Assembly (NCBI GenBank): GCA_020137815.1
Contig: CM035354.1
Location: forward strand, 8,184,001-8,248,000
Direction of reading: 5' to 3'
Origin: Hormiphora californensis
Taxonomy: Eukaryota > Animalia > Ctenophora
Length of the DNA: 64,000 nucleotides
Each line of letters begins with the position of its first letter. The stretch's first letter is position 1. Below, piece by piece: positions 37,755-51,435 of this stretch. The translations under genes and the position numbers were made by a program. The notes beneath the pieces are model-generated. The model was not told the origin of the DNA. It saw only the letters and a program-made list of their open reading frames with translations, and made no database searches.

Positions 37755-40700
37755 ATGGAAGGGGGTCGATCAGTGTCTACCAAGACGACCTATGCTAACA
37801 GGCCATCTGACTACGCTACAACATCCTGCCCTGTTCCCTACCAGCTGTACCCCAGAGGAGGAGACCTCAAACCTAACCAACACTGTATCAAACAATATCA
37901 CTGCTAGTTCAGCTATAATATTAGTAGATTCTGACTCACAGAGCTCTCTGCAGAGTGATCACAATATTACCGACTCTCCTGACAAGTTCTGTCTATCTAG
38001 ACGGCAGTTGATTGACCATAGCAACATGATTGATAGACCCAGTTTGTGCGAATTAGAAGGCCCAGGATAGAGAGCAGTTGTTTCTCAATGACAAGGATAC
38101 CTCGCCATTAGAGGAAATACTCAGCAAGGAGACCTCCGCGTTGGAAGATCTGCTCTCTAAGAACTCTGACAGCCCGGTTAAATTAACTGCTAGTGTTGTT
38201 GAAACTGAGAAGGAGAACCAGACAGACAATAATAATGATGGGGGTGATGTAGGGACCACCGCCAATGAGTACCACACTATCAGACAATGAGATACCTCTA
38301 GAGGAGCTCAAGGGTGCTGATACTGGTGATGACACTACTGCTGATACAACACTAGAAACCACTGTCAACACAGCAACTGTATTAGATGTCCCTGATAGTG
38401 CTGACAATGATGCTGATGTCTCCTTCGTATCAGAAAGTTGCGGACCTGGTAAGTTACGACACTGATCTGTATTTTCAACCTAATCGCATTTCTATATTGC
38501 ATTGTATTACTCCGAGTTAGGAATTTCACCCGTCCAATGTTTCAGTGTTACCAAGGAAAGAGAAACAGCGGAAGAAGAGCAGGAGCACCTCCGGTAGAGC
38601 CCCTCAGGTGGGCCCACAGCCTCCAACTCTACTATTGGGTGATATTGATGCTCTTCCCAGGCCAAAACGGGGAAGACCCCGGAAACACTGGCCTAGTAAG
38701 TCTTTAATCTAGGATTTATAGCATGAAACTTATCAGATGTTATGTATTATTTGTGTTAGAATTATAAGATACATCTCCTAATAAAGTAACTCCCCCCACA
38801 GAGGATCCAAATAAGCCGCCCAGTAAACGTGGTAGACCTAGGAAAACTACCAGTGCTTCATTCTCTGACACTGTCACGTCAAATGGAAGTGCAGCCAACT
38901 CCAGTATAGACCTAACAGATACTGCAGGGGTGGAGGACACTCGGAGGATTAGGAAACCCTCTCTCAAGTTGATAGAATCAGTTGTTAATGATGTCGGACG
39001 GAGGATTGCCAAAGAAGATATTCCTCCTTCCAACAACAAGGATACTCCAATCAACCTGGATCCTCCATCCAACCTAGCTTCCAACCCTCCACCGTTATCA
39101 GCTGCCCCAGGAGTAACATCAATATCAGCTGCTCCAGTAGCTCCAGGAGTGACACCATTTATACCGGGGGTTATCAAGGTAGAGGCCCTGGATACGGAGC
39201 CTTTCAATATGAACACTACACGGAATACAGTGCAGGGTAATGCTGATAACGGTAAATCTCCTACTACCCCGAGTTCTTATGTTCCTGTTCCTGCACTTCC
39301 AGAGGGGTGGACTATGCGGGCTAAAGCTAGGAATGATGTGTCAAAGTACAAAGGTCGACTGGATATTTGTTACCGATGGTGAGTTAATATTGGGATAATT
39401 CTAGGGTGGTTTAGTTTGTTTTCACACTTGTATCTGGTTCTTGTCGCTTATATTTTCATGTTGAATTAATATTTCTCTGTTTCAGTCCTAACGGGAGGTC
39501 CTACAGATCCAAACCCAGCCTGGTGGAGGCGCTCAGAGAGATTGACCCAACCACGAACTGGTCATGTATTGATTTCAAAACAGGAGTGTTCAAAATGGGG
39601 CCGACCCCTGCTTATGTACCAGGCAATATCAGCCTAGCACAGACAAGTCAGCACAAAAAGAAGCATAAGTCGTATTTTGGAGGTGCCTCACAGGTGGTAA
39701 ATTCTCGGGGAGTGCCTCCCACAATGGCGCACCAACCCACCAGAGTCAGCCAGCCATCCTTAGAGACCATGTACACACGAGATGGTAATGCAGCATTCCC
39801 CTCTCAAATCTTCCCTGGAGTACAACCCCTTCTTACCATGTCTCCAGAACAACATAGGAGGTCCAGTGAGATATACAATTCGCTGATGCCTCCTACTATG
39901 GTGCGTACTAACAGACACACCCTGGCCTATAACAGTCCACCCGCCCGGCCTGAACCACCAAGGAGAGGACATTATTGGGGAGGATCTAGAGGGGGTCCTC
40001 GAACTAGGGGTCCAGGAGGTATCATCATGAGAGGTGGGGTTACTTCCCGGGGTATGAACTATGGAGTCAGATGGGCCGGGCCTCAGGAGCACACTACCGG
40101 ACCAGTTGTATACCCAATAAACACTGTTAGGAGTAGGAGGGGTAGGAGACCAACATGGTCTCTTAATTCGGACAGACACATGATGATGAATAACTTATCT
40201 GTACATAGTATACATCCTAGCAGAGCTAGAGTGGTAGAGGAGAATGTTCAAGTTAGTGACAGTGATGTGGTGTTTATAAAGGAGTCACCTCGTCCTGAGA
40301 AGAGAAGGAAGACTATATCAGTGCCACCCCCACCACTAGCACCACTCACAAGAGAGGAGGTGAATTGGGAGGATGCTCCACCCTCCCCTACTGTGGATAT
40401 CCCTCCCCCTCCACTGATAGAGACTCTACCTGACATGCCCAGTCTGGTGCGGATATCACCTATCGAACAGGTAACTAGCTATCGCTCATTGCTCTATCCG
40501 CTTCTATCTTTTTCACCTACCCATCTATCTCTTTAGTGTTCTCTCCCTCCCTCTCTGTATCTCTCTCTCTTTCTCTCTACACACTTCACGCGATTGTCAC
40601 TTCATTTGAAAAATGGTGGGAATTAGGAACTATGACAGTAGCCTCCTTTACTGCGATATGTGCCTCTCTCTTTATAGCTTCACGGTCTATTCAGTAGCAC

Positions 40701-43390
40701 ACATATATAATATTGAGCTGTAGTGTGTGTATTTCAGTTCAGCTAAGGATTCCCCCTTTATTAAATTAACTCACGGAAAGACTGTTGAAATTCATTCACT
40801 CTCCGTGGCACGTGGTGTCTCACCGCGTCTCACGTGACCTAATGTCTCTCTCTCTTCCCCCAACTATTAAAATGTGACTCTCTCTCCCTTCTGAAATTGG
40901 TTAATTTAATTAACCATATACTGCTCTCTCTATCACCCCTCTCTCTCTCTCTCTCAAAAGAACTTGTGTTTGAGTGTTGGTTGCAATAACACACAGTGTG
41001 TACAAATTTGCATCGCCTCCCATCCTTTGTCTTGTGTGCCACGTCTTGTTGTTCCGATCGTCTGGATCCCATTTCCAGCAAAGTTATTAGTGTGTTTCGT
41101 TAGTAACATGTATCGAGCACCGTACCCTCCTGGTCAGTACCACCAATACCAGCAGCAGCAACAGCAATACCACCAGCAATATCAGCAACAATATCAGCAA
41201 CAATATCAGCAGATTATCGTGAACCCCCAACAACAACAACACTACCCTCAACCACATCCCCCTCAGCTGTCACGTGTTCCGGTAATACACTGTGAAAGCA
41301 CTTCTTCTGAAAATGCACTGTTTTGAAAATGTAGGATGTGTTGACGCTTAGTTTATAGTCCTCCCCCTACACACTATAACAGTCATGCATGTCAAGTTGT
41401 AGCCTAGCGTGTACATTAGGTGTTATACTGTAGTGTCATAGTGTAGTAGGTTATTAGGGTGTATGTGTCTGTGTGTGATAGACAGGTGGTGGGCTACAAT
41501 TTTGGTAGTTCTCGCATTATCATATTACTCTCTCTTACCTCACATTCTCTCTCTTTTACCTCATATTCTCTCTTTTACCTATTCATATTCTCTCTCTGTA
41601 GCTATTAGACGCTCTCACGCTACCCCACTCTCCATATGTTATAACCGCTGCAAGATAGAGGGCGTGTTCGTGTGTGTAGTATTGCACAATCTCCCCCTCT
41701 ATAAGCTATAGTTCTCCACAGCAGTTTTACAATGTTTTACCAGTTCAATTCAAGCTGTTATTTTCTTTGGTCCCCTCCACTCCTTTGTCCCTTCCTGAAA
41801 TCCCCCTCCTCTCCCCCAGTAACATCCCCCCAGATTGTAACACCCCCTTCCTCTCCCCCAGATTGTAACATCCCCCTCCCCCAGATTGTAACATCCCTCT
41901 CTCTCCCCCAGATTGTAACATCCCCCTCCTCTCCCCAGATTGAATCTCTGGAGGAAGTCACAGAGGTGTTGCCAGTTAAGATAGGAGGCTTGCAGCACAA
42001 TATTCCTGCTGTTTGGTGCAATGAGGTGTTTCACAACCTTTCAGTCAGTCATTTCGCCCGGCAGTGCAGGTACTGTTATTATCTCATCAATTATTTATTT
42101 ATTAATTAATTATTTTATCATCCATTACTGGACTTTTATTCAGTCTCTCATGTTCACAATCTCCATTATCCATTTAACATATCTCTCTCCCCTCTCCAGT
42201 TCCCAAGCGGACCCTATTCCTCCTGACCCTAAATGGCCCCGGATCCTGGTCCAGTTCTACTCCTTCGCCCTAACCGTCCCAGTCCTTGCATGTGATATAG
42301 ACCTACAATTCAAGTGCAGGGAGAAAGTGAACCACCAATATAAAGCTGTCTCCAGCTATGTCGTGGTGTTACGGGGCCATGTCAGGGATGTAACTGTGGA
42401 TATCCATTTCGTCCACTTTCTAGAGGAGGTGGAACTCCACCAGTACCTGCCCACCACCCAACATGCTACTAGTAACCAACAGGGTGGATCCTTCACTGTG
42501 GAGGATGGTATGAGGTCTATTTGTGGGGAACTAGAGGGGATAGTGAGGGGTAGAACTGATCTAGAAGATGGACTAGTCGTGTTGTTATTAAAATATCTAC
42601 AAAAATCAGATCTCTGTACATTTATCCTGGCCGTAGCTAACTCAACTCTGTACCACTGATTTTGAGTCCAGTGTCGTGACAGTTCTAAGGGATTCCCTCA
42701 ACTGCCTCACGTCAAATCACTGTCTGATCTAACTGGAATGACGCTAGGAGACACCACAACTCCCACCAAGGATCCAGCACCATCCACTGCAGCCACTCCA
42801 CAGAATAATGCGGATATCCACAGAGCCATAACAAACCTCCTCCCTGATGACAGTAAGATATCTGACGATGTTAGAGAGTACATTGTAAGGAGCCAATGCA
42901 TGTTCTGGATATGATTGGAGAGTCTGCAGAAGACAGGGAAACCACTAACATTTGATAGTCTCTCTGTTATTATAAGAGAGAAGATACTGACTCCCTCAAC
43001 AGTACCACCAACAGGGGCTGCAGTACCAGTCCCCCGGGGTTCTATCAGAGCTGTATACCCCCTGGATATAATCCCAGATACTACTCGCCCCACGTTGGTC
43101 CCCAGCACCAACAGAGATACGGCAGGCCACCCCTCCGGCGTCCTGTCCAGCCTGCCATGGCCCATGTAGCACCCATCGCCCCTCCTGCTGCTATGAGAAT
43201 GGTGAGGCCCCTGAGGTTCAAAGAGCACCCTCCCAACAAGAGACCACCAATGATTCAGATAAATAAGGCGGTTCAGGTGATGCCTGCACAAAGGACTGTT
43301 CAGCAGCAGGTGAACTTTTTACCTATCGCAGCTAGCACGGACAAGAGAAAGCAAAAGTTTGTCGATTTGGACTTTTGTCCGCATGTATGA
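37755..43390 (+). CDS. Methyl-CpG-binding-domain protein with two AT-hooks and an unrecognised C-terminal region (indels in first and last exons)
   Basis: Exons about 37755-38448, 38546-38695, 38769-39378, 39486-40470, 41939-42069, 42200-43390. KRGRPRK occurs twice. Spliced MBD: PALPEGWTMRAKARNDVSKYKGRLDICYRCPNGRSYRSKPSLVEAL. Confidence 0.78.
41108..41281 (+). CDS. Putative alternative first coding exon (Gln/Tyr/Pro-rich) of the MBD locus
   Basis: ttag|TAAC-ATG, 58 codons MYRAPYPPGQYHQYQQQQ...LSRVP, then a phase-0 donor compatible with the acceptor at 41939. Confidence 0.55.
41805..41942 (+). repeat. Tandem repeat of a 3' splice site (TAAC-polyY-CAG|ATTG)
   Basis: Five to six units of CCCCAGATTGTAACATCCCC. 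The last unit is the functional acceptor at 41938. Confidence 0.85.
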
Positions 43391-43552
43391 TACAAGTTAG
43401 AGAGAGTATATTTGTTTTAGCTCAATAATTTTGTTTAACCCCGTCCTTATTCCTTCACATAAAATCTGAGTTTGCAGTGTTTGGAGGATAATTATTGAGG
43501 TGTAAGATGTGGCTGTAGGCGCTAAAACTCACACAAAAGTTTATGTTGTGTC

Positions 43553-46500
43553 CGGCGCAAAACAAGACAAACTACAGAAAGTGGCAATTGTGAGCATTTG
43601 TGATTAGTACACGCGCAAAACTTACGCCGCGCACTAGATCCGTCAATTATGCGCGTTGGCGGATTCACACTTGCAGACTGCAAAAATTTTCTGCACAGGT
43701 GAGTTCAGTTTTCGATTTTTTGACAATTCTGCCGTTTCGGTACCCTTTCGGCGTACCTGTAGCCTTTTGCATCTGTTGAAAGATATTTAGTAGTGTGTGG
43801 CACCTACATATCCTACATTTTGACAAAACAATTAATCAATGACATTTTAAACAACGATTCAAAGTTATTATTGGTGAAAAAGTGGGCTCTAAAGTCTATA
43901 GGTACATGTAAAGAGGCCAATTTTCTGTAGATTACATGGTAAACTATTCAAATATGCATTCTCGTCAATAATTGCCATTCCTGTCGACCAACTGCAAGTT
44001 GTCCTGAAACTATGAATGCCTTGTTTCAAACTTTTCAACACTACTTTAAACAAATTAATTTGAGGAAGCATGACTCAATGACCCCCCTCGGACCGCTGAC
44101 GAGATCTGAAGCAAGGAGAACAGAAGAAGCTATGGCCCAGTCCGTTCAAGATGCAGCAGTGAAGGTGACGTGCCTAAGATGTAAAGCCGAAGATCCCGAT
44201 GACGAAACAGTAGCTGTGAGTAAAAGGGGAATGTGTTGGTTGTGTCCCCGATGCTACCAAGAAGTAGAGCAGTGTAACCTAGCACTTGAGCCAACTCTCG
44301 ATGATCGCTGAAGAAATTCCAAGATGAAATTCTGGCCACCGTTTCCGTGACAGTTGCAGCAGAAATCTCCAAACAAATGAAGCCTAAATCGAAGCCTGCT
44401 ACTGATGCACAACCAAACGTGAGTTATTCCCAAGTCGCAAAGAAGAGAACCTAGCACCAGCTAGGCTTACAATCGCTGAAGAGATACCGAAACGGCCAGC
44501 TCTATTTCAAGAAGATCCCAACAAGAGTATAGGAAACAACAAAGTGACGGATCTGTACAATACTGGTTCAAAAGTGCTAATGAATGAACAGTGCAGCTGA
44601 GAAAGTAAAAGCGGAGAATATTGGAGTGACGAAGTTTGTCCATGCACCAAAAACTCTGTTAGAGGAGCAGATGTATCGTTTATCCTGTAATGTGACCGAT
44701 AGAGATGAGACAGATACAATGATTTTAGATTCGATAGTTGATTTGAACCCAATGATTGCCGAGATGATGGGAAATGGCGAAGAGATGTCGTAGTTTCGTT
44801 TCAGAGACATAACCGTAATGTGAATGAAGCCACTATTGGGTTGAAGGTCAGTAAGCCCCTTGGCGACCTGATTCTTAGTAGGGGTTCCATTCATGTTGGC
44901 AGTATAACTGCCATGTAGAAGAGAGAGTGTTTGTAAAGCAATGTTATAAGTGTCAGTGTTAGGACACTTAGCAGCTGATTGTCGAGAGAGTGAACCAACA
45001 TGTTTCCGGTGTTCTGAGAATCATATTGGAAAAGAGTGCCCTAGTAAGAGCGATAGATCTTGCTTCAATGTTTAACTGTGCAAATCATCTAACCCATCCA
45101 TTCCAGCAGGTTCACATAATCACACACGCCGCCGCCCCCATTGCCCAATCCGTCTCCAGTACCTATCAAAAAACTAACTGTGTCCAAAAGGCTGAAGTTT
45201 GGTCTTCAACTGCTTCTCTCTAAGGAACAAAGCAATTGATGTCTTGGAACTTGCAGTGGATGAAGACTTGGAAATTTTTGCTCTTACTGAACGTGGATGA
45301 AAAAGGACGATGGTGCTCTCTGTGCTCTTGTCAAAGAGCAGGCTTCAACATAGTGTCGCAGCCACGCAAAGGCAGAGGATGGTGGTGTAGCTATCATACC
45401 AGAAAAGAGGACAAAACGAGCAAATACTCACACAAATTCAAACAGTTCGAATGTCTCGAGGTTCTGCTCAGGAACCACTAACATCGAATAGTTGTTGTTT
45501 ATCGTCCTGGGACTTCAGGCCAGTTTTACTATGTTTTTAGACGAACTAGAGGACCTGTTTCTGAAGTAGCGGAAAGGAAGAAAGAACGATGCCTGATATG
45601 TGGAGATTTTAAAATCCAGTTGAGAATAACGGACCCCCAAGCCCGGAAATTCAAGGAACTTCTGAACCAGTTGGTTGGAAAAATCAGAAACAGGCCCGAC
45701 TCATGTAAAGGAGGGACGCTGGACCTGATCCTACCCAAGAAAAGGAAATATGTCCATCTGCTCATCTGATAAATACCCCATTTCTGAGCCGACTTGAAGA
45801 ATCGGCAGAGGAACAGGTACCAAGTATGTTTCTGGGACTTCCTGATGGTATTGAATTACTGACATAGATTCATATCCTGTCCCTCCTGCACCAGACCATT
45901 ATCTAGTGACATGTATGGCAGGTATACACTAAAAAGAAGGAAGATGAACAGGTGATAAATGCAGGAATATCAAGCAGTTGACCCAATGGATCTACGTGAC
46001 CTCATACGAACATCCAAACTTGCTAAAATCCTACCAACTGACAAGATAATGTGTTAAGTTATATAACACAATCTTCGATCAATTATGGATGATGTTGCAC
46101 CTGAAGAAGAAGAGATTAAGAATCCTGACCAACCTCAATGGATACGAACACGAGAATGCCAACATGCTCGCCGAAAAGGAGAGGAGCAGAGAGACGCTGG
46201 AAATCTGCCCGATTAAAGAAGACCGACCCCAAGAAGCTTACAACGAAATTCCACTGCTGGAAAAGTACCGGTAAGTTCGCTTCTAAGGTACTTCGCAACG
46301 CCAGAGTCACCTTCTTTAGCAAAAAACTTGACGGACTTAAAGGTGATCCAAAAACCACGAATCGAGTAGTCAATAACTTGCTTGGAAAGGAAAAGCCCCG
46401 TCACGTTACCATCAAACAAGGATGCTATACCACTATCAACCAGATTTAACGAGTTCTTTAAATCGAAGGTAACAAAAATTTACTCTGAGATTGAAGCTGA

Positions 46501-48794
46501 AGACGTGCCGATGCCCAGCACCCATCCACACCAACAGCTTGCACATCTTCGCTTACTAAGTTCAGGCCAGTAACTGATGAGGAGTTGGTCAGAATTATCC
46601 GTGACATGAATAGAAACACTGTTCACTGGACCCAATGCCTTCAGTATGGTAAGTGAGGCGCTTCCTGAGCTTATTCCTGCACTATCTCGGATTGTAAACG
46701 ATAGCCTCACTAAAGGTGTTTTCCAAAAGACTTTAAGAAGCCATTATTCGACCATCGTTTAAAGGTAAAGATCTGGACTCTGAACATTTAAACAGCTACC
46801 GGCCAATAAGCAACCTTAGTTTTGTCTCGAAAATTGTTGAAAAGTGTGTATCAATACAGCTGATCGAATACCTAGAGGAAAACAAGCTCCTACCAGCTAA
46901 GCAATCAGCATACGGAGGTACCATTCCTGTGAAACAGCAACGCTGAAGATATTCAACGATATCCTTCTCCTTATGAGTAAATCAAAGGTTATTCTTCTGC
47001 TGCTTGACCTATCTGCGGCCTTTGACACCGTCAAGCATTCCACCCTGTTAGATAAACTACGTATTAACTATGGCATCAAACTGACTGCGTTGGTGAATGG
47101 TTTCGATCCTATCTTTCAGGTAGAATGACATCTGTAAATATTGGGGAAGAGAACTCTCCATCAATCGAAATTGATATTGGAGTGCCACAAGGGTCTATCC
47201 TCGGACCGATCTTGTTTATTATGTATACTCGAGAGCTCCAGGATATTGCAGGTATATATGGCCTACAAGTTCACATGTATGCTGATGATACCCAACTCTA
47301 TGTTAGCTTCAACAGAAAGGACCAAGACAGTACTTTGAGAACGTCCAAAAATGCCTGCAACACATTAATGGTGGATGAAGACGAACTACCTGAAACTGAA
47401 TGCAGTAAAACCGAGGTGCTTTTTATCAACAACAAGGCTGATAAGACACCCGAACCCTATGTCTATACTTCTTCAAGAGAACGATGATCAGCCGACTGAA
47501 CCATGCACAGAAGCTCGTATTTGGGAATCTGGTTTGATCAAACCTCTCCATGTCATCACACGTATCCCGAGTTATACAGTCTTGTTGGAGTCAGCTGGCG
47601 AACCTGTGGAGGATTAGGAAGGGACTCTCTGTGGAAAAAAACTCAGCTTGTTTCATTCACTTGTCCATTCCAGGCTTGATTTCGGTAATGCATTGTTAGT
47701 AGGACTCTCAAAGCGTGATCTAACAAAGACTGCAAAAGGTGACAGAACAGTGCTACCAGATTCATCTATGGCTCAAAAGGTAGGCGTGGTGTTACTGAGA
47801 TGAGGATGAAATCCACTTCTTGCCAGTTGAGCAAAGAATCGAGTTCAAAATCTGCTCCTCTTGGTCTACAATGTCTTCATGGACTTATGCCTGAGTATCT
47901 CTCAGAAATGATTACACGCAGACAACCAAAGACCGAAAAGTTTCGTCTTGATGAGGACCTGACCCTACCTTGGAAAGACGCCATGACCACAAATATCTTA
48001 GTACACAGAAGGCTTTCAGTGTATGTGGCTCCTAAGATATGGAACAAGCTGCCCAGGAATCTAAGAGAGCGACATCTCTCGAAATGTTCAAGACAATGTT
48101 GAAGTCTACCTTTTCGCAATCGCCTATCCTGATGTAAAAGGCGCCTGGAACACCGAGGACGAAAACTAGAATTCTAAACCCTTCCTGTCCATAATGCTCC
48201 TAACTGAATCTAAAGACAAGACCCAAAGGCAAGACCCAAAGACAAGGCATCATCCATAATTCACCACACTATATTTTTGGTTATCATAATACTATTTTAA
48301 TCTCAATCAATCAATCAATTTAATAATTTTTTTAATCAATTTTCTATGCTTTTATTTTTATTTTTTAACTGTATCATCTCAACCTGACTCATGCACCCAG
48401 TCCTACGGGCGTCTTATTATTCTATAACTCCTTCTTATCTTTACCGCATTTTCACACCATCCCCCTTTTTATATTTTATTTAGTTCAAACTGTTAGCATG
48501 CACATTGTCCCTCACTTAGCCCTTTTTATTTACATCTATTTATACCATCAACTTATTCATATCTAATCACTTTTTACTCTAATTATTCTTTAATCAATTT
48601 AATCAAGTAAGCATTATTTATGGCTTTACTCTGGCTTTGAGATGGCCGCTATAGACGCGGTGAGAGTCTTAACGATAATCTCGGTGTTCTTTTAGTTATA
48701 TCATATTAGTTCGAGAAATACGAGTAGTGGACTATCATATTTAACGCATGATAGCGGGATATAAATGTTCGATATTATTATTATTATTATTATT
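43553..48794 (+). mobile_element. L2/CR1-group LINE retrotransposon, near full length, heavily frameshifted
   Basis: Cys-rich ORF1 remnant near 44160-44270. APE remnants (SWN, VVYRP, ICGDF, TLDL). RT motifs YRPISNL.FVSK, LLDLSAAFDTV, GVPQGSILGPILF, MYADDTQLY. 3' (TTA)n tail at 48774-48794. 5' boundary approximate. Confidence 0.9.
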
Positions 48795-49415
48795 GTTTGT
48801 GTCTGCAAGTGTTGGTCAATTCTGAATTCTTTCAGGAAACACAACGCTAATGACTGCCAATTATAGGTATCGTTTAAAGTCTGCCATTATAGCCTGCAGC
48901 CTATTACTAAGCTAAGAAATTTACTAACGCTATTACGTAGCATCATGGCTTAGAGCTTGTAAAGCAGGGGAACTGGAATAGCAGTATGACTCAGACAACA
49001 GGTAACGCCCTTCTCCCGACACTCTATCTAACTAACTCTCTATATGTAATTATCATCCCCACACACAGTTAATATACTGGTTGTTAATGGAACATGAATG
49101 TTGCCACCTGTGCCATGACTTCAAAGAAAACACCGACCCACTCATTTTATATACATACCACGTTCAAACTTCCATATACAAAATATACCATGGGGCCCCT
49201 AAATTAAGTTACAATGTTTCTCCCTCTAAACCCCTCTCACACTTTGCTTGTACAGCAATATCTCACCTCTTTACCCCACGGGCTCTTGGCTGTCATAACT
49301 CAATCTGCCAAAATCATTGATCGCTTGACTCTGCAGTATCTCACGATATATACGTGTGAACTGTTCCGATCAATCACTAATTGAATCTCAGCAAATCCCG
49401 CTCTTGACGAGTCCC

Positions 49416-49724
49416 CAGATCTCTAACCCAAGTTCCCCATTACAGCCCAGTTAGTGGGTCAGATCTCTAACCCAAGTTCTCCATTACAGCCCAGTTAGTG
49501 GGTCAGATCTCTAACCCAACTATTCCCTACAGCCCAGTTAGTGGGTCAGATCTCTAACCCAAGTTCTCCATTACAGCCCAGTTAGTGGGTCAGATCTCTA
49601 ACCCAAGTTCTCCATTACAGCCCAGTTAGTGAGTCAGATCTCTAACCCAACTATTCCCTACAGCCCAGTTAGTGGGTCAGATCTCTAACCCAAGTTCCCC
49701 ATTACAGCCCAGTTAGTTGGTCAG
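49416..49724 (+). repeat. 43-44-bp minisatellite x7, each unit carrying CTAAC-polyY-CAG
   Basis: Unit CAGATCTCTAACCCAAGTTCCCCATTACAGCCCAGTTAGTGGGT starts at 49416, 49460, 49504, 49547, 49591, 49635 and 49678. The array abuts the PDZ gene start. Confidence 0.92.
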
Positions 49725-51365
49725 ATGCTGGAGACCCACGCCATCAAGTGCAGGGAGGGACTGTACGGAGGTAGACCCTCTAGAGGGGCAGGGAAAGCTA
49801 ATGGAAGGGGGGCTGCTGAGGGACTATCTGAATGAGAATGAAGGACAGGTAAATATAATCTGTTCGATATGGGGAGTGTTTGTACTGTCTATCACAGTAG
49901 CTCAATTAGATCCATTTAGTTTGTTTATAAGACCCCGTTTAATATTGACACTCCCGTCTTTAACTATTAGAAAGCATGTTAAGTATTTTGTGTTTACTAA
50001 TTACATGCTCAAGCACTGATCTCTAGCTCTCTCTCTCCCAGGGGCTGGTAACTGGGTTTGATAGTGCACTCACCTGGGCCACTCCTTCATCCTGTCGAGA
50101 CAGGTTACTCATTCTGAATTGTGCAGCTGCAGCAGAACTCCTACCAGGTATGTCTGTCATCCAGTCACCAGTCACTAATAATAACTGGTGTGACTGCATC
50201 AATGTACACTACTGCATCTTACCCTATTACTATAGAAATTTGAGACATTAGTCAGAAAAAGAAAAACAGTCAAAGCATGTCAATAGCAAGACAGTGCTAG
50301 TTACTTGAGTGCTACCGCCTCACTTTTCTAACAATCCACACACTCTTATTCCACAATGTTATGCATGCGTAGCAGAGTGTGACGGACTGTTATCGGTTTC
50401 CACCCCCCCCCCCCCCCCCCCGGTAATATAATTCGGCTCCCTTTGTTTGGACCGTACCAGTTGGTTCCAATAGTTGTTTGCGACTTTCATATGAACATAC
50501 CGCTCTAGTATAGGACGGCTACCACAAATTTACAACGAGACGACCGTGCTGTGACACAAAATTAGATTCCTTCCATCCGGCCCGCTTCTGATCTTGTTCT
50601 GATAACTAGGACCAGTGTCCACTGTTCCTGTACCACCCTTCTCCTACCTTCTCATGACCACCATCCCTTCCACAGACGACGAACCAGACCACCTCGCATG
50701 GAGAAGTGTTAGATCTTCAGAACAATCGGAATCTGTAACCCTCCACCGTCTACCTGGATCAGGGTTTGGGTTTTCCCTCGTTACTGTGGGGAAAGGAGCA
50801 GTATTTGTCAGACGATTACAGCCTTTCTCAGCCGCGGAAGAGTGAGTGAGGGGGGAAGTGTATTTAGAGTAGCCTGAAAGTAGGTTCCGATAGGGTATAT
50901 TATATATTTGGGTATTAGGGGAGAAGATTCCTCCTCATCTATGTGTCGGCCCTGATGATCTGTTATCATTATTTTCTCTCTCTTATTATTGTTCCCCCTA
51001 GATGTGGTAGGGTAAGGGAGGGAGACAAAGTCCTGAGCGTGTGTGGAAGAAGTGTTGGACTTGGGTTTGGTCAGAAGGAGGTAAGTGTGCTGCAATGAAC
51101 TGATAAGGAATGAAGCAGCTGCCGTTACTGAATGAATTAATGAATTATTTCAGTTTCTCTCTCCTTCTTCTTTTTCTCCCGGATGTAGGTTCTCACCAAT
51201 ATCCCTGATCCCCAGATAATCCAGCTAATGAAGTGCAGTGACAGTGTTTCCCTGATGCTCGCCCATACCAACTTCGATGGCAAGGGATGTCCTGAGACGA
51301 CCCTGGATAGAAACAGTCCTCTTCAGTCTCCAGTGAGTGTAACTAATCTTACAGCTACTAAAGTT

Positions 51366-51435
<70 letters not shown>

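Noticed and set aside
49416-49724. Regular repeat array resembling CRISPR
   Set aside because: Units are contiguous with no unique spacers, there are no cas genes, and the context is eukaryotic.
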